A stretch of DNA of 64,000 nt from Candidatus Eiseniibacteriota bacterium (GTDB taxonomy: Bacteria > Eisenbacteria > RBG-16-71-46 > SZUA-252), in the NCBI GenBank assembly GCA_035716085.1, contig DASTKC010000169.1, forward strand, positions 11,162 through 75,161. Reading direction: 5' to 3'. The notes beneath the pieces are model-generated. The model was given only the letters and a program-made list of their open reading frames with translations. It was not told where the DNA came from and did not search any database. Position 1 is the stretch's first letter, and every line of letters starts with the position of its first letter. The position numbers and the translations under genes are program-made. Below, piece after piece: positions 39,611 to 49,570 of this stretch.

Positions 39611-40702
39611 TCAACGCGCGGCGGCGGGCTGCGCCGCTTGAGCCGCGGCCATCCCGCTCTCGAAGAGCTTCGGGTTGGTGGACCGTGAGAGCGCGGCCTG
39701 GGCCGTGATCTTGCCCGAGGTCACGAGATCCTTGAGCGCCTGGTCCAGCATGACCATGCCGTCCTTGGCTCCCACCTGCATCATGCTCGGGATCTGGGCG
39801 GTCTTGCCCTCCCGGATCAGGTTCCGGAGCGCGGGCACGCCGACCAGGATCTCGTGCGCGGCGACGCGCCCCTTGCCGTCGGCGGTCGGGATCAGGGTCT
39901 GCGCGACGACTCCCTCGAGCGACTCGCTCAGCATCGTTCGGATCTGTGCCTGGCGGTCGGCGGGGAAGATGTCGACGAGGCGGTCGATGGTCTTGGGCGC
40001 CGAGTTCGTGTGGAGCGTGCCGAACACGAGATGTCCCGTCTCCGCGGCGGTGATCGCGAGCGACGTCGTCTCGAGATCGCGGAGCTCGCCCACGAGGAGA
40101 ATATCCGGATCCTCGCGGAGCGCGCCCCGAAGCGCGGCCGCGAAGCTCGTCGTGTGCGCGCCCACCTCGCGCTGGTTGATGAGGCATCGCTTCCGCTCGT
40201 GAACGAACTCGAGCGGGTCCTCGATCGTGATGATGTGCTTGGGGAACGTGGCGTTCACGTAGTCGATCATCGCCGCGAGCGTCGTCGACTTGCCGCTCCC
40301 GGTCGGTCCCGTCACGAGCACGAGTCCGCGCTCCTTCGACGCGAGATCGCGGAGGATGGCTGGCCCCTTCAGCTCCTCGAGGGTCGGGACCTTCGTCGCG
40401 ATGACCCGGAACACGGCGCCGACGCCGCGGCGCTGCTCGAAATAGTTCGCCCGGAAGCGGGAGAGCCCCGGGATTTCGATGGCGAAGTCGAGCTCGTGCC
40501 GCTCTTCGAAGTCGGCCTTCTGGGCCGGGGTCAGCAAGGAGTAGAGCGCGTCCCGCGTCTCCTTCGGATCGAGCGGCGGCGTCTGGAACGGAACGATGTC
40601 GCCTCGCATGCGCGCCATGGGCGGCGACGCCGTCGAGATGTGAAGGTCGGACGCCTTCGCCTCGACGATCGCCTTGAGGAGCGCCTGGATGTCGACGGGC
40701 AT
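39611..40702 (-). CDS. pilT: Type IV pilus retraction ATPase PilT
   Basis: Walker A GPTGSGKSTT, Asp box, Walker B ILLVGELRD, His box GHLVFGTLHTNSA. Confidence 0.85.
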   Translation of the reverse strand: MPVDIQALLKAIVEAKASDLHISTASPPMARMRGDIVPFQTPPLDPKETRDALYSLLTPAQKADFEERHELDFAIEIPGLSRFRANYFEQRRGVGAVFRVIATKVPTLEELKGPAILRDLASKERGLVLVTGPTGSGKSTTLAAMIDYVNATFPKHIITIEDPLEFVHERKRCLINQREVGAHTTSFAAALRGALREDPDILLVGELRDLETTSLAITAAETGHLVFGTLHTNSAPKTIDRLVDIFPADRQAQIRTMLSESLEGVVAQTLIPTADGKGRVAAHEILVGVPALRNLIREGKTAQIPSMMQVGAKDGMVMLDQALKDLVTSGKITAQAALSRSTNPKLFESGMAAAQAAQPAAAR

Positions 40703-42189
40703 CAGCGTCCCTGACCTTTCCAGAGGCGCTCGCGGTCCTCGTCGCTCAGGATCGTGACTTCGAGAATGCCGGCCCGGTGCTCGGCCTCTTCCGGCTCCGC
40801 CCACGCCGAGGAGCCTTCATGGCGCGCGGTCGGCAGCGCGATCATCGCGAACGGACGATCGCGCAGCACGGCACGCCCGTTCGGGCTGTCTGCGAGGCAC
40901 TGGAGGAGGGCTTTCCCGTCCAGCCATCCCGTGCGGGCGAAGACGAGCCGCCCCACCGCGGCTCCGTCCAGGAGCTCCGCCACGGAATCGCCGTGAAGGA
41001 GGTCGTCCAGCACGACGATGTCCGCTCCGAGACCGACCGAGGCACGACGCCAGTTCACGCTGGAGGGGTCTCCGGCCTGGAACTGGATCCGGGTCACTCC
41101 CGCGGGATAGGGCGCCGTGGGCCACGGCTCGAAGGCGACGACGCGGCGCTCGGGCTTCATGGCGAGAGACGCGAGCGAGGCGAGCACGGTCGAGCCGCCC
41201 GCCCGCGGCGGGCCGTACACGATCACGAGCCCCTCCGGGCCCTCGACGAATTCGCGAATCTCGCCCTCGCCGAGCGGAGAGAGCCCGAGCAGCGAGAGAT
41301 CGGGCGCCTCGGCTCGATCGGGGTGGAGTCGAAGCACCGTCGTCACGCCGGAAGCGCCGCGAGCGTGGCAGACGCCGACGTGCACGCGATCGCCGCTCAG
41401 GTCGGCCATCACGTGCCCCTGGACTGCGAGCTCACCCATCTCCAGATCCGGCGCGCCCAGGTGCGCGAGGCGCGTGCGCAGGTAGAGCATGGTCTCCGGC
41501 TGCTCGACCCCGCGGGGCTCGAGTCCCTTGTCGGTCCGGTAGTGCACCGCGATGCCGCCCTTTTCCGGCACGAAGTGGATCTCGGACGCACGGTCGTTGC
41601 GCGCGGTATAGACGTGATAGAGGAGGAAGGTCGATCCAGAGCGCTCCCAGACCACCCGGTGGCGCGGCTCGCCCCCGGCCGCGGCCGCTATCGTGGCCGC
41701 CTCGGCCGCGCTCGCGCGCGCGGCGACCTTGTCCCGCGATGGCCGCTCCGGCCCGTAGACGTTGTCGAGCACCCGGCGGATCGACCCCTGGCAGCCGATG
41801 ACGAGCGAGACGGGCATCCCCGCCGCCTGCTCGATCTCCCTCACGGCCTCGGAGTCGGTGGGATCGGACATCGCGATGACCATCTCCTCCGGGTTCTGGA
41901 AGAGGGGCATCGCCTGGATGCGACGAAGGAGCGATTCGGGGAAGCGCCGGACGAGATCCATGTCGGCGGCGCCGGACGCGAGGTCCACATACGGAATGCC
42001 GAGCTGCTTGGAGAGGGCCCAGCCGATGTTCTCCTCGGTCGTGAAGCCCATCTCGACGAGGCTCTCGCCGATCAGGCGGCCGGTCTCGAGCTGCTGCTGG
42101 AACGCGGCATCCACCTGTTCCGGAGTCACGATCCCGCCGTCGATCAGGATCGACGCCAGGGTCCGCTTCGTCTGACCGGTCTCGCTCAC
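40702..42189 (-). CDS. MshEN-domain (c-di-GMP receptor type) protein fused to degenerate GspE/PilB-like ATPase domain
   Basis: N-terminus has two MshEN motifs (RTLASILIDGGIVTPEQVDAAFQQQ; RLIGESLVEMGFTTEENIGWALSKQ). C-terminal P-loop region degenerate (GPPRAGGST instead of GPTGSGKT; Walker B/His box not conserved). Start uncertain (GTG 42189, or ATG 42249/42288). ATGA overlap with pilT. Confidence 0.6.
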   Translation of the reverse strand: MSETGQTKRTLASILIDGGIVTPEQVDAAFQQQLETGRLIGESLVEMGFTTEENIGWALSKQLGIPYVDLASGAADMDLVRRFPESLLRRIQAMPLFQNPEEMVIAMSDPTDSEAVREIEQAAGMPVSLVIGCQGSIRRVLDNVYGPERPSRDKVAARASAAEAATIAAAAGGEPRHRVVWERSGSTFLLYHVYTARNDRASEIHFVPEKGGIAVHYRTDKGLEPRGVEQPETMLYLRTRLAHLGAPDLEMGELAVQGHVMADLSGDRVHVGVCHARGASGVTTVLRLHPDRAEAPDLSLLGLSPLGEGEIREFVEGPEGLVIVYGPPRAGGSTVLASLASLAMKPERRVVAFEPWPTAPYPAGVTRIQFQAGDPSSVNWRRASVGLGADIVVLDDLLHGDSVAELLDGAAVGRLVFARTGWLDGKALLQCLADSPNGRAVLRDRPFAMIALPTARHEGSSAWAEPEEAEHRAGILEVTILSDEDRERLWKGQGR

Positions 42190-42485
42190 GAGGCACCTCT
42201 GCGTCCGGGGGTTGGGAATCGATTCGGCCCTGGGCGAATCGCAAGGCATGTGCCATGCGTACCCCACGGCATGGCGCGCCAGGGCCATGGCCGCCGCCTT
42301 GCTCGATTCGGAGGGAACGCGGTGCGAAATGGCGAGTTGAGAAGCGATGAGCGGTGGGTCGCAGCCCCTGGCGGGGACCTCTACGCGGCTCCCGGGGCGG
42401 CGCAATGCTTGCCCCTTGCTCGGCCAGCGGTTATTTTCTGCGCGGTTTCCATGCAGCGCATCGACACCTCATCGGACGGGAGCCC

Positions 42486-44150
42486 ATGGCGCACGCACAA
42501 ATGAAACGGAAATCCGCCGACGCCACTGGAAAGAAACGGAAGTCCGGCTCCACCGAGCCCGAAGCCGCCGCTCCGTCGAAGAAGCAGCCCAAGATCGTGC
42601 GGCTCACCGCCACCGATCTCGCGGAGAAGCAGCGCGAGATCTCGGTCAGCGAGTTCTTCACCAAGAACCGCCATCTCCTCGGATTCGACAGCCCCGCGAA
42701 GGCCTTGTTGACGACGGTGAAGGAAGCCGTCGACAACGCGCTCGACGCGTGCGAGGAGGCGGGCATCCTTCCCGACCTCCTGCTCGAGATCCAGGAGATC
42801 TCCGAGACCCGTTACCGTATCGCGGTCCAGGACAACGGCCCCGGCATCGTGAAGGCTCAAATCCCCAAGATCTTTGGCCAGCTCCTCTCTGGATCGAAGT
42901 TCCACAGGCTGCGCCAGTCGCGCGGCCAGCAGGGGATCGGCATCTCCGCGGCCGGGATGTACGGCCAGCTCACGACCGGCAAGCCGATCACCGTGATCTC
43001 GCGGATCGGCGCCGGGAAGCCCGCGCACAAGTTCGACATCCAGATCGACACGCGGCAGAACCGGCCGGTCGTCGTGGCGGATCACGAAGTCGAGTGGACG
43101 CCGCAGCACGGCACGCGCGTGGAGCTCGAGATCGAGGCCACCTACAAGAAAGGGCGCCACTCGGTCGACGGCTACGTCGAGCAGACGGCGATGGCCAATC
43201 CGCACGCGCAGATCACGTACGTGGCGCCGACGGGCGAACGGACGGAGCTGCCGCGCGTCGCGAACGAGCTGCCGAAGCCCCCGCAGGAGATCAAGCCGCA
43301 CCCGCACGGCGTGGAGCTGGGCATCCTCTTGAAGATGCTCCACGACACGAAGGCCAGGAACCTCCGCGGCTTCCTGACCAGCGAGTTCTCGCGTGTGAGC
43401 GCCGCGGTGGCCGAGGAAATCGCCACCACGGCCGGCCTCTCCGGAGGCATGACCACGCAGAAGGCGGCGCGCGAGCAGGCCGAGGCGCTCTACAAGGCGA
43501 TCCAGGCCACGAAGCTCATGGCCCCACCGTCGAACGTGCTCTCGCCGATCGGCGAGGAGCTGTTGCTCGAGGGCTTGAGGAAGCAGATCGACGCCCGCTT
43601 CTACGCCGCGACCTCGCGGTCACCGTCGGTGTATCGCGGGAACCCGTTTCTCGTGGAGGCTGCCATCGCCTTCGGGGCGGAGCAGCTTCCGGCCGACGAG
43701 CCGATCACGCTGATCCGATTCGCGAACCGGGTGCCACTCCTCTACCAGCAGTCCGCCTGCGCGGTCACGAAGTCGGTGATCCAGACCAACTGGAAGTCGT
43801 ACGGCATCCAGCAGTCGCGCGGCGCGCTCCCGTCCGGCCCGATGATCATCATGGTGCACATCGCGTCCGTGTGGGTGCCGTTCACGTCGGAGTCGAAGGA
43901 AGCGGTCGCCTCGTATCCCGAGATCATGAAGGAGATCAAGCTCGCGCTTCAGGACGTCGGGCGGAAGCTCGGCATCTTCATCCGGCGCGGGATGCGGGAG
44001 GCGGACGCGGAGAAGAAGCGGTCCTATATCGAGAAGTACATCCCGCACATCGGGATCGCGCTTCAGGAAATCCTGAGCATCAGCGACAAGGAAAAGGACA
44101 AGGTCTGCGCGACCTTGAAGGACACCCTAGAGCGGAGCCGGAAGCTATGA
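42486..44150 (+). CDS. top6B: DNA topoisomerase VI subunit B (GHKL ATPase + transducer)
   Basis: Bergerat-fold motifs: N-box [10 protein letters not shown]1 DNGPGI, G2 [12 protein letters not shown]…KN…GF N-terminal signature. Lys-rich 40-aa N-terminal extension. Confidence 0.85.
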   Translation: MAHAQMKRKSADATGKKRKSGSTEPEAAAPSKKQPKIVRLTATDLAEKQREISVSEFFTKNRHLLGFDSPAKALLTTVKEAVDNALDACEEAGILPDLLLEIQEISETRYRIAVQDNGPGIVKAQIPKIFGQLLSGSKFHRLRQSRGQQGIGISAAGMYGQLTTGKPITVISRIGAGKPAHKFDIQIDTRQNRPVVVADHEVEWTPQHGTRVELEIEATYKKGRHSVDGYVEQTAMANPHAQITYVAPTGERTELPRVANELPKPPQEIKPHPHGVELGILLKMLHDTKARNLRGFLTSEFSRVSAAVAEEIATTAGLSGGMTTQKAAREQAEALYKAIQATKLMAPPSNVLSPIGEELLLEGLRKQIDARFYAATSRSPSVYRGNPFLVEAAIAFGAEQLPADEPITLIRFANRVPLLYQQSACAVTKSVIQTNWKSYGIQQSRGALPSGPMIIMVHIASVWVPFTSESKEAVASYPEIMKEIKLALQDVGRKLGIFIRRGMREADAEKKRSYIEKYIPHIGIALQEILSISDKEKDKVCATLKDTLERSRKL

Positions 44151-45235
44151 GCGATACCAACGTCGTTCCCAAGATCAAGAAAGAGGCGAAGGCCGTCGAG
44201 GAGTCGATCCTCAAGAAGAAGACGCCCTCGTTGAAGTTTCCCATCCGTTCGCTCGCGAACGTGAGGTATCTCGAGAAGGAAGGCTACTTCGAGATCCGCG
44301 GGAAGAAGAAGGAGCGGACGCTCACGGTCAACACCGTGAAGACGTTCGCGCAGACGTTGAGAATGATGGCCCTGTCCAAGACCTTGGTCGAGACGGACGA
44401 CATGGCGACCAAGCGAGAGGCGTACTACGTCTCCAAGAACTGGGACGACGCACGGTTCTTGGAGCAGACCGAGTCCGACACGGTGATGGACGACGTCGAG
44501 GCCTTGTTCGAGGTCAACCGCGAGCAGCTCGGATTCGTCCCCGAGGAGAAGGGGGGCGACGTCGCCGGCACCTTGGTCGTCGTGGACAAGGACCCCGATA
44601 CCGGCAAGTCGATCCGGATCGACTGCACCAAGTTCGGCTCCGGCGCGTACTCGATCCCGATTTCCGTGGAAGACTTGAAGTTCGAGACCAAGGCCAAGTT
44701 CATCCTCGTCATCGAGACCGCCGGCATGTTCCAGCGCCTCGTGAAGCACGGCTACTGGAAGAAGGCCAACTGCATCCTGGTCTCGATGGGAGGCGTGCCC
44801 ACGCGCGCCTGCCGCCGGTTCATCCGCCGGCTCGCCGACTCGATGAAGATCCCTGTCTACGTCTTCGTCGACGGCGATCCCTACGGCATCAGCAACATCT
44901 ACCGCACGTTCAAGGTGGGCTCCGGAAACGCGGCGCACATCAACGAGTTCTTCTGCGTTCCGCAGGCGAGGTTCCTCGGCATCACGCCCCAGGACATCAT
45001 CGACTACAAGCTCCCGACGCACCCCTTGAAGGACGTCGACGTGAAGCGCGCCAAGGACGCGGTCAAGAACGACCCGTTCTTCCAGCACCACAAGCCCTGG
45101 GTGAAGGCCATGGAGCAGCTCATGAGCATGGGGGTCCGCGCGGAGCAGCAGGCGCTCGCGGCCCATGGCTTGAACTACGTGATGGACACGTACCTGCCCG
45201 AGAAGATCGCGCACCCTGAGCGGTTCCTGCCGTAA
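44147..45235 (+). CDS. top6A: DNA topoisomerase VI subunit A (Spo11-like)
   Basis: CAP-domain catalytic Tyr context KREAYYVS. Toprim motifs ([10 protein letters not shown]; FVDGDPYG). ATGA overlap with top6B. Confidence 0.85.
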   Translation: MSDTNVVPKIKKEAKAVEESILKKKTPSLKFPIRSLANVRYLEKEGYFEIRGKKKERTLTVNTVKTFAQTLRMMALSKTLVETDDMATKREAYYVSKNWDDARFLEQTESDTVMDDVEALFEVNREQLGFVPEEKGGDVAGTLVVVDKDPDTGKSIRIDCTKFGSGAYSIPISVEDLKFETKAKFILVIETAGMFQRLVKHGYWKKANCILVSMGGVPTRACRRFIRRLADSMKIPVYVFVDGDPYGISNIYRTFKVGSGNAAHINEFFCVPQARFLGITPQDIIDYKLPTHPLKDVDVKRAKDAVKNDPFFQHHKPWVKAMEQLMSMGVRAEQQALAAHGLNYVMDTYLPEKIAHPERFLP

Positions 45236-45274
45236 GGTCGGGAGCGGCAGCAGGCGATTTGTGAATTCATTCTC

Positions 45275-45294
45275 AACTTGCCCCGGGGCAAGTT
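45275..45294. repeat. Perfect palindrome AACTTGCCCCGGGGCAAGTT (copy 1)
   Basis: Intergenic, 12 nt upstream of the VOC gene ATG. Same 18-bp core as 59817..59834. Confidence 0.8.
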
Positions 45295-45305
45295 GACGAG
45301 GACCC

Positions 45306-45671
45306 ATGCCGATCCGCGGCGTCCATACGATGTTCTACACGTCGGAGCCCGAGGCGATGCGCGTCTTCCTGCGCGACAAGCTCGGGCTTCACGGCGTCGA
45401 CGTCGGCGGCGGCTGGCTGATCTTCGACGTCCCTGAGGCGGACATGGGCTGCCATCCCGCGGACCCGAACAGCGTCCATGGCGAGCCCTCCGGGACGAAC
45501 CACATCTCGTTCTACTGCGACGACGTGCGGAAGACGGTGGAGGAGCTGAAGGGGCGAGGCGTCGAGTTCGTGGACGGGATCGTGGATCGCGGCTACGGCC
45601 TCGTCACGCACTTCAAGGTGCCGGGTGGGTTCGAGGTCGAGCTCTACCAGCCGAAGTACGAGAAGGGTTGA
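45306..45671 (+). CDS. VOC/glyoxalase family protein
   Basis: 121 aa, single betaalphabetabetabeta-type module pattern (…VHTMFYTSEPEAMRVFLRDKLGL…). Confidence 0.65.
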   Translation: MPIRGVHTMFYTSEPEAMRVFLRDKLGLHGVDVGGGWLIFDVPEADMGCHPADPNSVHGEPSGTNHISFYCDDVRKTVEELKGRGVEFVDGIVDRGYGLVTHFKVPGGFEVELYQPKYEKG

Positions 45672-45683
45672 TCGCTCGAAGAA

Positions 45684-46430
45684 CTACGGGTGGGCCAGGA
45701 AGAAGTAGTTCAGCCGCCTTTCGAACTGCTCGATGAACTGATCGCGGGTCAGCGGCGAACGGCCAGCGAGCCAGTCCGGTAAGAGCGAGATGCGGAGCGG
45801 AGCCTCACCCAGGACATCGAATATCTCGCCCGCTCCGCTACCGAAATGATCCGCCCCGCCTAGGCCGCATTCGAAGAGCACGTGCGGTCGTTGGCGTCGC
45901 AGCATCTGAAGCCCTCCCCGGAACACTCCGAGCTCGGCTCCTTCCACGTCCACCTTCACCAGTTTCACAGGCACGTCCCGGGGCAAAACGCGGTCGAGCG
46001 TCTCGACCGTGACATCGATCTGGCGCCGGGTTTCGTTCCCCAGGTCCCGTTCCCGCGCGCTCAGCCCGCTCAACGCCGGATGCTCCACCATGCAATGGAA
46101 CACGGCCGAGCCAGGTTCGGAGCCGATCGCGTACGGATACACATTCATTCCGGGGAATCGCGCCTGAAGCTTCGCGAACTGATCCGGATTCGGCTCGAAC
46201 GCGAAGTGCTTCACCCCTGGAGCGAGTCGCATCATGTGCCGCAGGTAGGCGCCCTCGAACGAGCCGACATCGACGCCGATCCCTCCGCGCCGCAACACCC
46301 GCCGCATGACAGCGATTGTCTGGGAGTCGTAGAGGCTGCCCTTGTGCCCGGTCAGCTTGGCGTGGACGTAACGGAAGGGCTCTTCCCAACGGGTACCGAC
46401 GAGGGTTCGCTTGGCGAGGTCGGCGAGCAT
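45684..46430 (-). CDS. FkbM-family methyltransferase
   Basis: SAM motif-I region GIGVDVGSFEGAY and FkbM-like length/pattern. Confidence 0.7.
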   Translation of the reverse strand: MLADLAKRTLVGTRWEEPFRYVHAKLTGHKGSLYDSQTIAVMRRVLRRGGIGVDVGSFEGAYLRHMMRLAPGVKHFAFEPNPDQFAKLQARFPGMNVYPYAIGSEPGSAVFHCMVEHPALSGLSARERDLGNETRRQIDVTVETLDRVLPRDVPVKLVKVDVEGAELGVFRGGLQMLRRQRPHVLFECGLGGADHFGSGAGEIFDVLGEAPLRISLLPDWLAGRSPLTRDQFIEQFERRLNYFFLAHP

Positions 46431-46502
46431 TCGGGAAGTGTACCCGTGCCTGGCGGCGGCTTCCTAGGGGTCACCCTCGCTTGGCGCCGACGCGCCACCG
46501 GG

Positions 46503-47216
46503 TCACGTCACCGCAGGCTCCGCCTCCGTCTCCGCATGCTCCGCCGGGTCCCGGGCCCCCATGAAGGGCAGCCACAGCACCATCCCCAGCTCGCCGAAAT
46601 AGAGGGGCGACATCACCCGCGATACCGCCGCGATGTGCTCGGGGAAGGCGATGATCGTCACCGAAGTGACCACGTACCCCACGCCCGAGGCGAAGAGCAG
46701 GTATCCGAGGATCTTGGGGAAATAGCCCGACTTGATCGTCAGGATGCCAAACGGGAAGAGCCAGAGTCCCCAGAAGATGGTGAGGATGCGGGCGAGGTTG
46801 TTGCCCCAGAGGATCGAGCCCATGACCAGCGCGTCGAGCTGGGGCTTGGTGAACGCGGAGAGATAGCTCTCGCCGCTCAGGAGGATCAGCGGCGTCATCC
46901 GGTTCGCGATCGTCACGAGCTCCGCTGCGATCGCGACTCCTACGAGCCCCACCATCAATCGCGCGAGCGCGCGGTCGACGTCACGGAACAGCCGGTACAG
47001 CGTCAGCGCCACGACGACGAACAAGATCTGGGATACGAGCGAGATCAGGATGGTCAGGCGGTAGAGCGAGGCCCCGTCGGCAATGTTGCGGGCCGTCGTC
47101 GCAGCGTCGTCGGAGAGGAACCGGGAGGGGACGTACATGTAGCTGAAGATCATCAGGGCGGACATCACGACGTACAGGAATCCGGCGAGTCGGGCGGTCG
47201 ACTTGGGTGAGTCCAT
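46503..47216 (-). CDS. DUF4386-like polytopic membrane protein
   Basis: Six hydrophobic helices, …AGFLYVVMSALMIFSYMYV… pattern. Confidence 0.45.
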   Translation of the reverse strand: MDSPKSTARLAGFLYVVMSALMIFSYMYVPSRFLSDDAATTARNIADGASLYRLTILISLVSQILFVVVALTLYRLFRDVDRALARLMVGLVGVAIAAELVTIANRMTPLILLSGESYLSAFTKPQLDALVMGSILWGNNLARILTIFWGLWLFPFGILTIKSGYFPKILGYLLFASGVGYVVTSVTIIAFPEHIAAVSRVMSPLYFGELGMVLWLPFMGARDPAEHAETEAEPAVT

Positions 47217-47261
47217 GGCTTCCTCCAGCTACCGGCGAATTACGCCACCGCACCCCTCACG

Positions 47262-47684
47262 CTAGAAATCCGCCGCCTTCGTGGAGTCCAGCGGCGGCCG
47301 CCAGGTGCTATCCACCGGCGTCCCCCTCTCCTCGATCCAGATGTAGACGTCGGCTTCCTCCTCGTCCATGTGCAGGCGTTGCCCCTTCGGGAGCCGCTGG
47401 ATCTTGGACCACAGCTCGTCGATGTTGATGCGGTAGTCGTGAGCGAGGCCGATCTCGGACTTGAGGTTGAAGGCGTGCATATAGTCGAGCGCCTTCTTGG
47501 GCACGGTCACCGCCACGGTGGCCAGGTCCTTCCCGGGCTCCCAGACCTCGACTCGTACCACGGTGTCCCTGCCGTACCACCAGGGCTTGGGGTTCGGGAT
47601 GTCGAGGCGGGCCGTCCAGGCGTAGCCGATCCCGAGACAGACGAGGAGGCCCAAGGCCAGGGCTATCCAGAACTTGCGATTCAT
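47262..47684 (-). CDS. Hypothetical secreted/periplasmic protein
   Basis: N-terminal signal/anchor MNRKFWIALALGLLVCLGIGYAW. No family recognised. Confidence 0.4.
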   Translation of the reverse strand: MNRKFWIALALGLLVCLGIGYAWTARLDIPNPKPWWYGRDTVVRVEVWEPGKDLATVAVTVPKKALDYMHAFNLKSEIGLAHDYRINIDELWSKIQRLPKGQRLHMDEEEADVYIWIEERGTPVDSTWRPPLDSTKAADF

Positions 47685-47757
47685 GGATCTTCCTCCTCAT
47701 CCGCTCGGGACCGGCCGGGACCGCGAAGGGGGGACCACCGCGGAGCCCACCCCTCCT

Positions 47758-48615
47758 CTACGCCACCGAACGCTCCTCGGGTTTCAGGGCGACGCTCCGG
47801 GACCCGGCCACGCCCCGCCAGGCCATGGCCAGGGCGAGCGCCAGGCCGAAGGTCGTCACCACGGTCGCTCCCGTGGGCAGGTCGAAGTGGTAGGAGGCGA
47901 GCATCCCGCCGACGCTCACGAGCACCGCAACGATCCAGCCGACGATGAGGCGGCTTCGGGCGCGGTCGGCCAGCAGCATGGCGATCACCGACGGGACGAT
48001 CAAGTACGAGAAAACGAGGAGCACCCCGGCTACCGCCACCGACTGGGTCACGACCAGACCGAACGTGAGGTAGAAAAGGAAATCCCACCAGCGCACGCCG
48101 GCGCGGCTCAGCCCGGCCTCCGCCGGCCGGCCGTGCGTGATGGCGAAGAACGGCCGGCGCCAGATGAAGTGCAGGAAGCCGATCACGAGATAGAGCACGG
48201 CGAGCGTCGCGACTTCCTTGGGTGACGTTGCGAGCAGGTTGCCGACGAACATGAACTTGATGTGCTCGGCGCCTTCGGGCGTGCGGTCCACGATCAGGAT
48301 CGCGGCGGCCGCGGAGACGGCGTACACGATGCCGATGAAGGCTTCCTGCGGGATGCGCCGCTTCTCGGCCTTCAAGAGCGCGAGCAGACCGGCGCCCACG
48401 ACGACCGCCGCGATCGAAAGGTAGTGCGATGCGGGATCGTGGAGATCGAGCCCGAACAGGAACCCGATCGTCGCCCCGAGCGCCGCGACCTGGGCGAGCG
48501 CCAGATCGACGAAGATCACCCCACGCTCGACCACGTGGAATCCGAGATACGCGTGAATGCCCGCAATGACGACGCAGGCGAGGAGCGGCCAGAGAAGGAA
48601 CTGGAAGGCGTCCAT
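47758..48615 (-). CDS. Metal ABC transporter permease (ZnuB/MntB/TroC family)
   Basis: Start trimmed to MDAFQFLLWPL… ABC-3 permease pattern with about 8 TM. Confidence 0.8.
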   Translation of the reverse strand: MDAFQFLLWPLLACVVIAGIHAYLGFHVVERGVIFVDLALAQVAALGATIGFLFGLDLHDPASHYLSIAAVVVGAGLLALLKAEKRRIPQEAFIGIVYAVSAAAAILIVDRTPEGAEHIKFMFVGNLLATSPKEVATLAVLYLVIGFLHFIWRRPFFAITHGRPAEAGLSRAGVRWWDFLFYLTFGLVVTQSVAVAGVLLVFSYLIVPSVIAMLLADRARSRLIVGWIVAVLVSVGGMLASYHFDLPTGATVVTTFGLALALAMAWRGVAGSRSVALKPEERSVA

Positions 48616-49556
48616 CACGACCCCTTTCCCGTGAGCGCGTTCTGGATCAACCCGAGCTGGGCGTCGAAGAGGCCCAGGTAGCTCGTGACCTCCTTCGTCG
48701 CGCCAACCGAGGGAGGCAGGATGACGAGCGCCGCACCGGTGTTTCGGGCGATCTGCTGCGGCATCTTGGGATCGAAGTAGGGCTCGACGAGGAGGAGCTT
48801 CACGTTCTGGGCTTTCATCTCCGTGGTCAGATCCTGGATGTGCTTGGGCGTCGGCGGCACGCCCGGCTTCGGCTCGACGAAATCCATCACCTCGAATCCG
48901 AACGCGCGGGCGAAGTAGGGCCAGGAGCGGTGATACGTCACCACGCGCGTTCCGGTCAGGCCGATCGACTTCGCGCGCTGCTTCCACTCCGCCTCCTTGG
49001 CGCGGACCCGCTTCTCGAAGTCCGCGTACCGTGATGCGAAGGTCGGTGCGTTGGCGGGAGACACGCGGGAGAGTCCGTCGCGGATCGCCGCGGCCATGAT
49101 GATTCCGTTCTCGGGATCGAGCCAGTAGTGGGGGTTTCCGAGCGGGTGCACGTCGCCTTGCTCGCGACCGACCGGCCCGCCGAGCTCGAGGACCTGGATG
49201 TTCTTCGAGGCGTCCACGAAACCGGCGCCGCCGGGGAGGATCTTCGAATTGCGCGCGCTGTTGAGGAGGCCGGGCACCCAGCCCACTTCGAGATCGCGTC
49301 CCACCTCGACGAAGAGATCCGCCTTCTTCAGCTTCACGAGATAGCTCGGCTTGGCATCGACGAAGTGCGGATCCTGATAGCCCCTCGAGAGCGACTCCAC
49401 GGTCACGAGATCGCCGCCGACCTCGTTCGTGATCGAGGCGAGGTCCTCAGTGGTGGTGACGACGTTGATCTTCTTGTCCGCGCGCGCAGCGTGGGGCGCG
49501 GTCATGAGCGCGAGGGTGAGCAGCGGTAGCGCCCACCGTTTTGTGAATCGAGTCAT
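48615..49556 (-). CDS. Metal ABC transporter substrate-binding protein (ZnuA/TroA family)
   Basis: Signal peptide MTRFTKRWALPLLTLALMTAPHAARA. …KINVVTTTEDLASITNEVGGD…DPHFV…NPHYWLDP… is typical of cluster A-I SBPs. Confidence 0.8.
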   Translation of the reverse strand: MTRFTKRWALPLLTLALMTAPHAARADKKINVVTTTEDLASITNEVGGDLVTVESLSRGYQDPHFVDAKPSYLVKLKKADLFVEVGRDLEVGWVPGLLNSARNSKILPGGAGFVDASKNIQVLELGGPVGREQGDVHPLGNPHYWLDPENGIIMAAAIRDGLSRVSPANAPTFASRYADFEKRVRAKEAEWKQRAKSIGLTGTRVVTYHRSWPYFARAFGFEVMDFVEPKPGVPPTPKHIQDLTTEMKAQNVKLLLVEPYFDPKMPQQIARNTGAALVILPPSVGATKEVTSYLGLFDAQLGLIQNALTGKGS

Positions 49557-49570
49557 GGTCGGTCTCCTAT

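Noticed and set aside
42486-45235. Apparent lower GC of the top6BA genes as evidence of recent horizontal transfer.
   Set aside because: By eye the drop is modest and driven by Lys/Glu/Asp-rich composition (AAG/GAG/GAC codons). Third positions remain G/C-biased like the rest of the contig. GC skew could not be computed here.
47758-48987. Long N-terminal extensions in ORF-track entries (also 32379..34550, 56552..58264, 11930..13411, 55525..56508, 48615..49913).
   Set aside because: The track extends to the furthest in-frame ATG/GTG/TTG. Extensions are low-complexity and overlap upstream genes. Starts were trimmed to Met/Val preceded by an RBS or at signal-peptide/domain boundaries.
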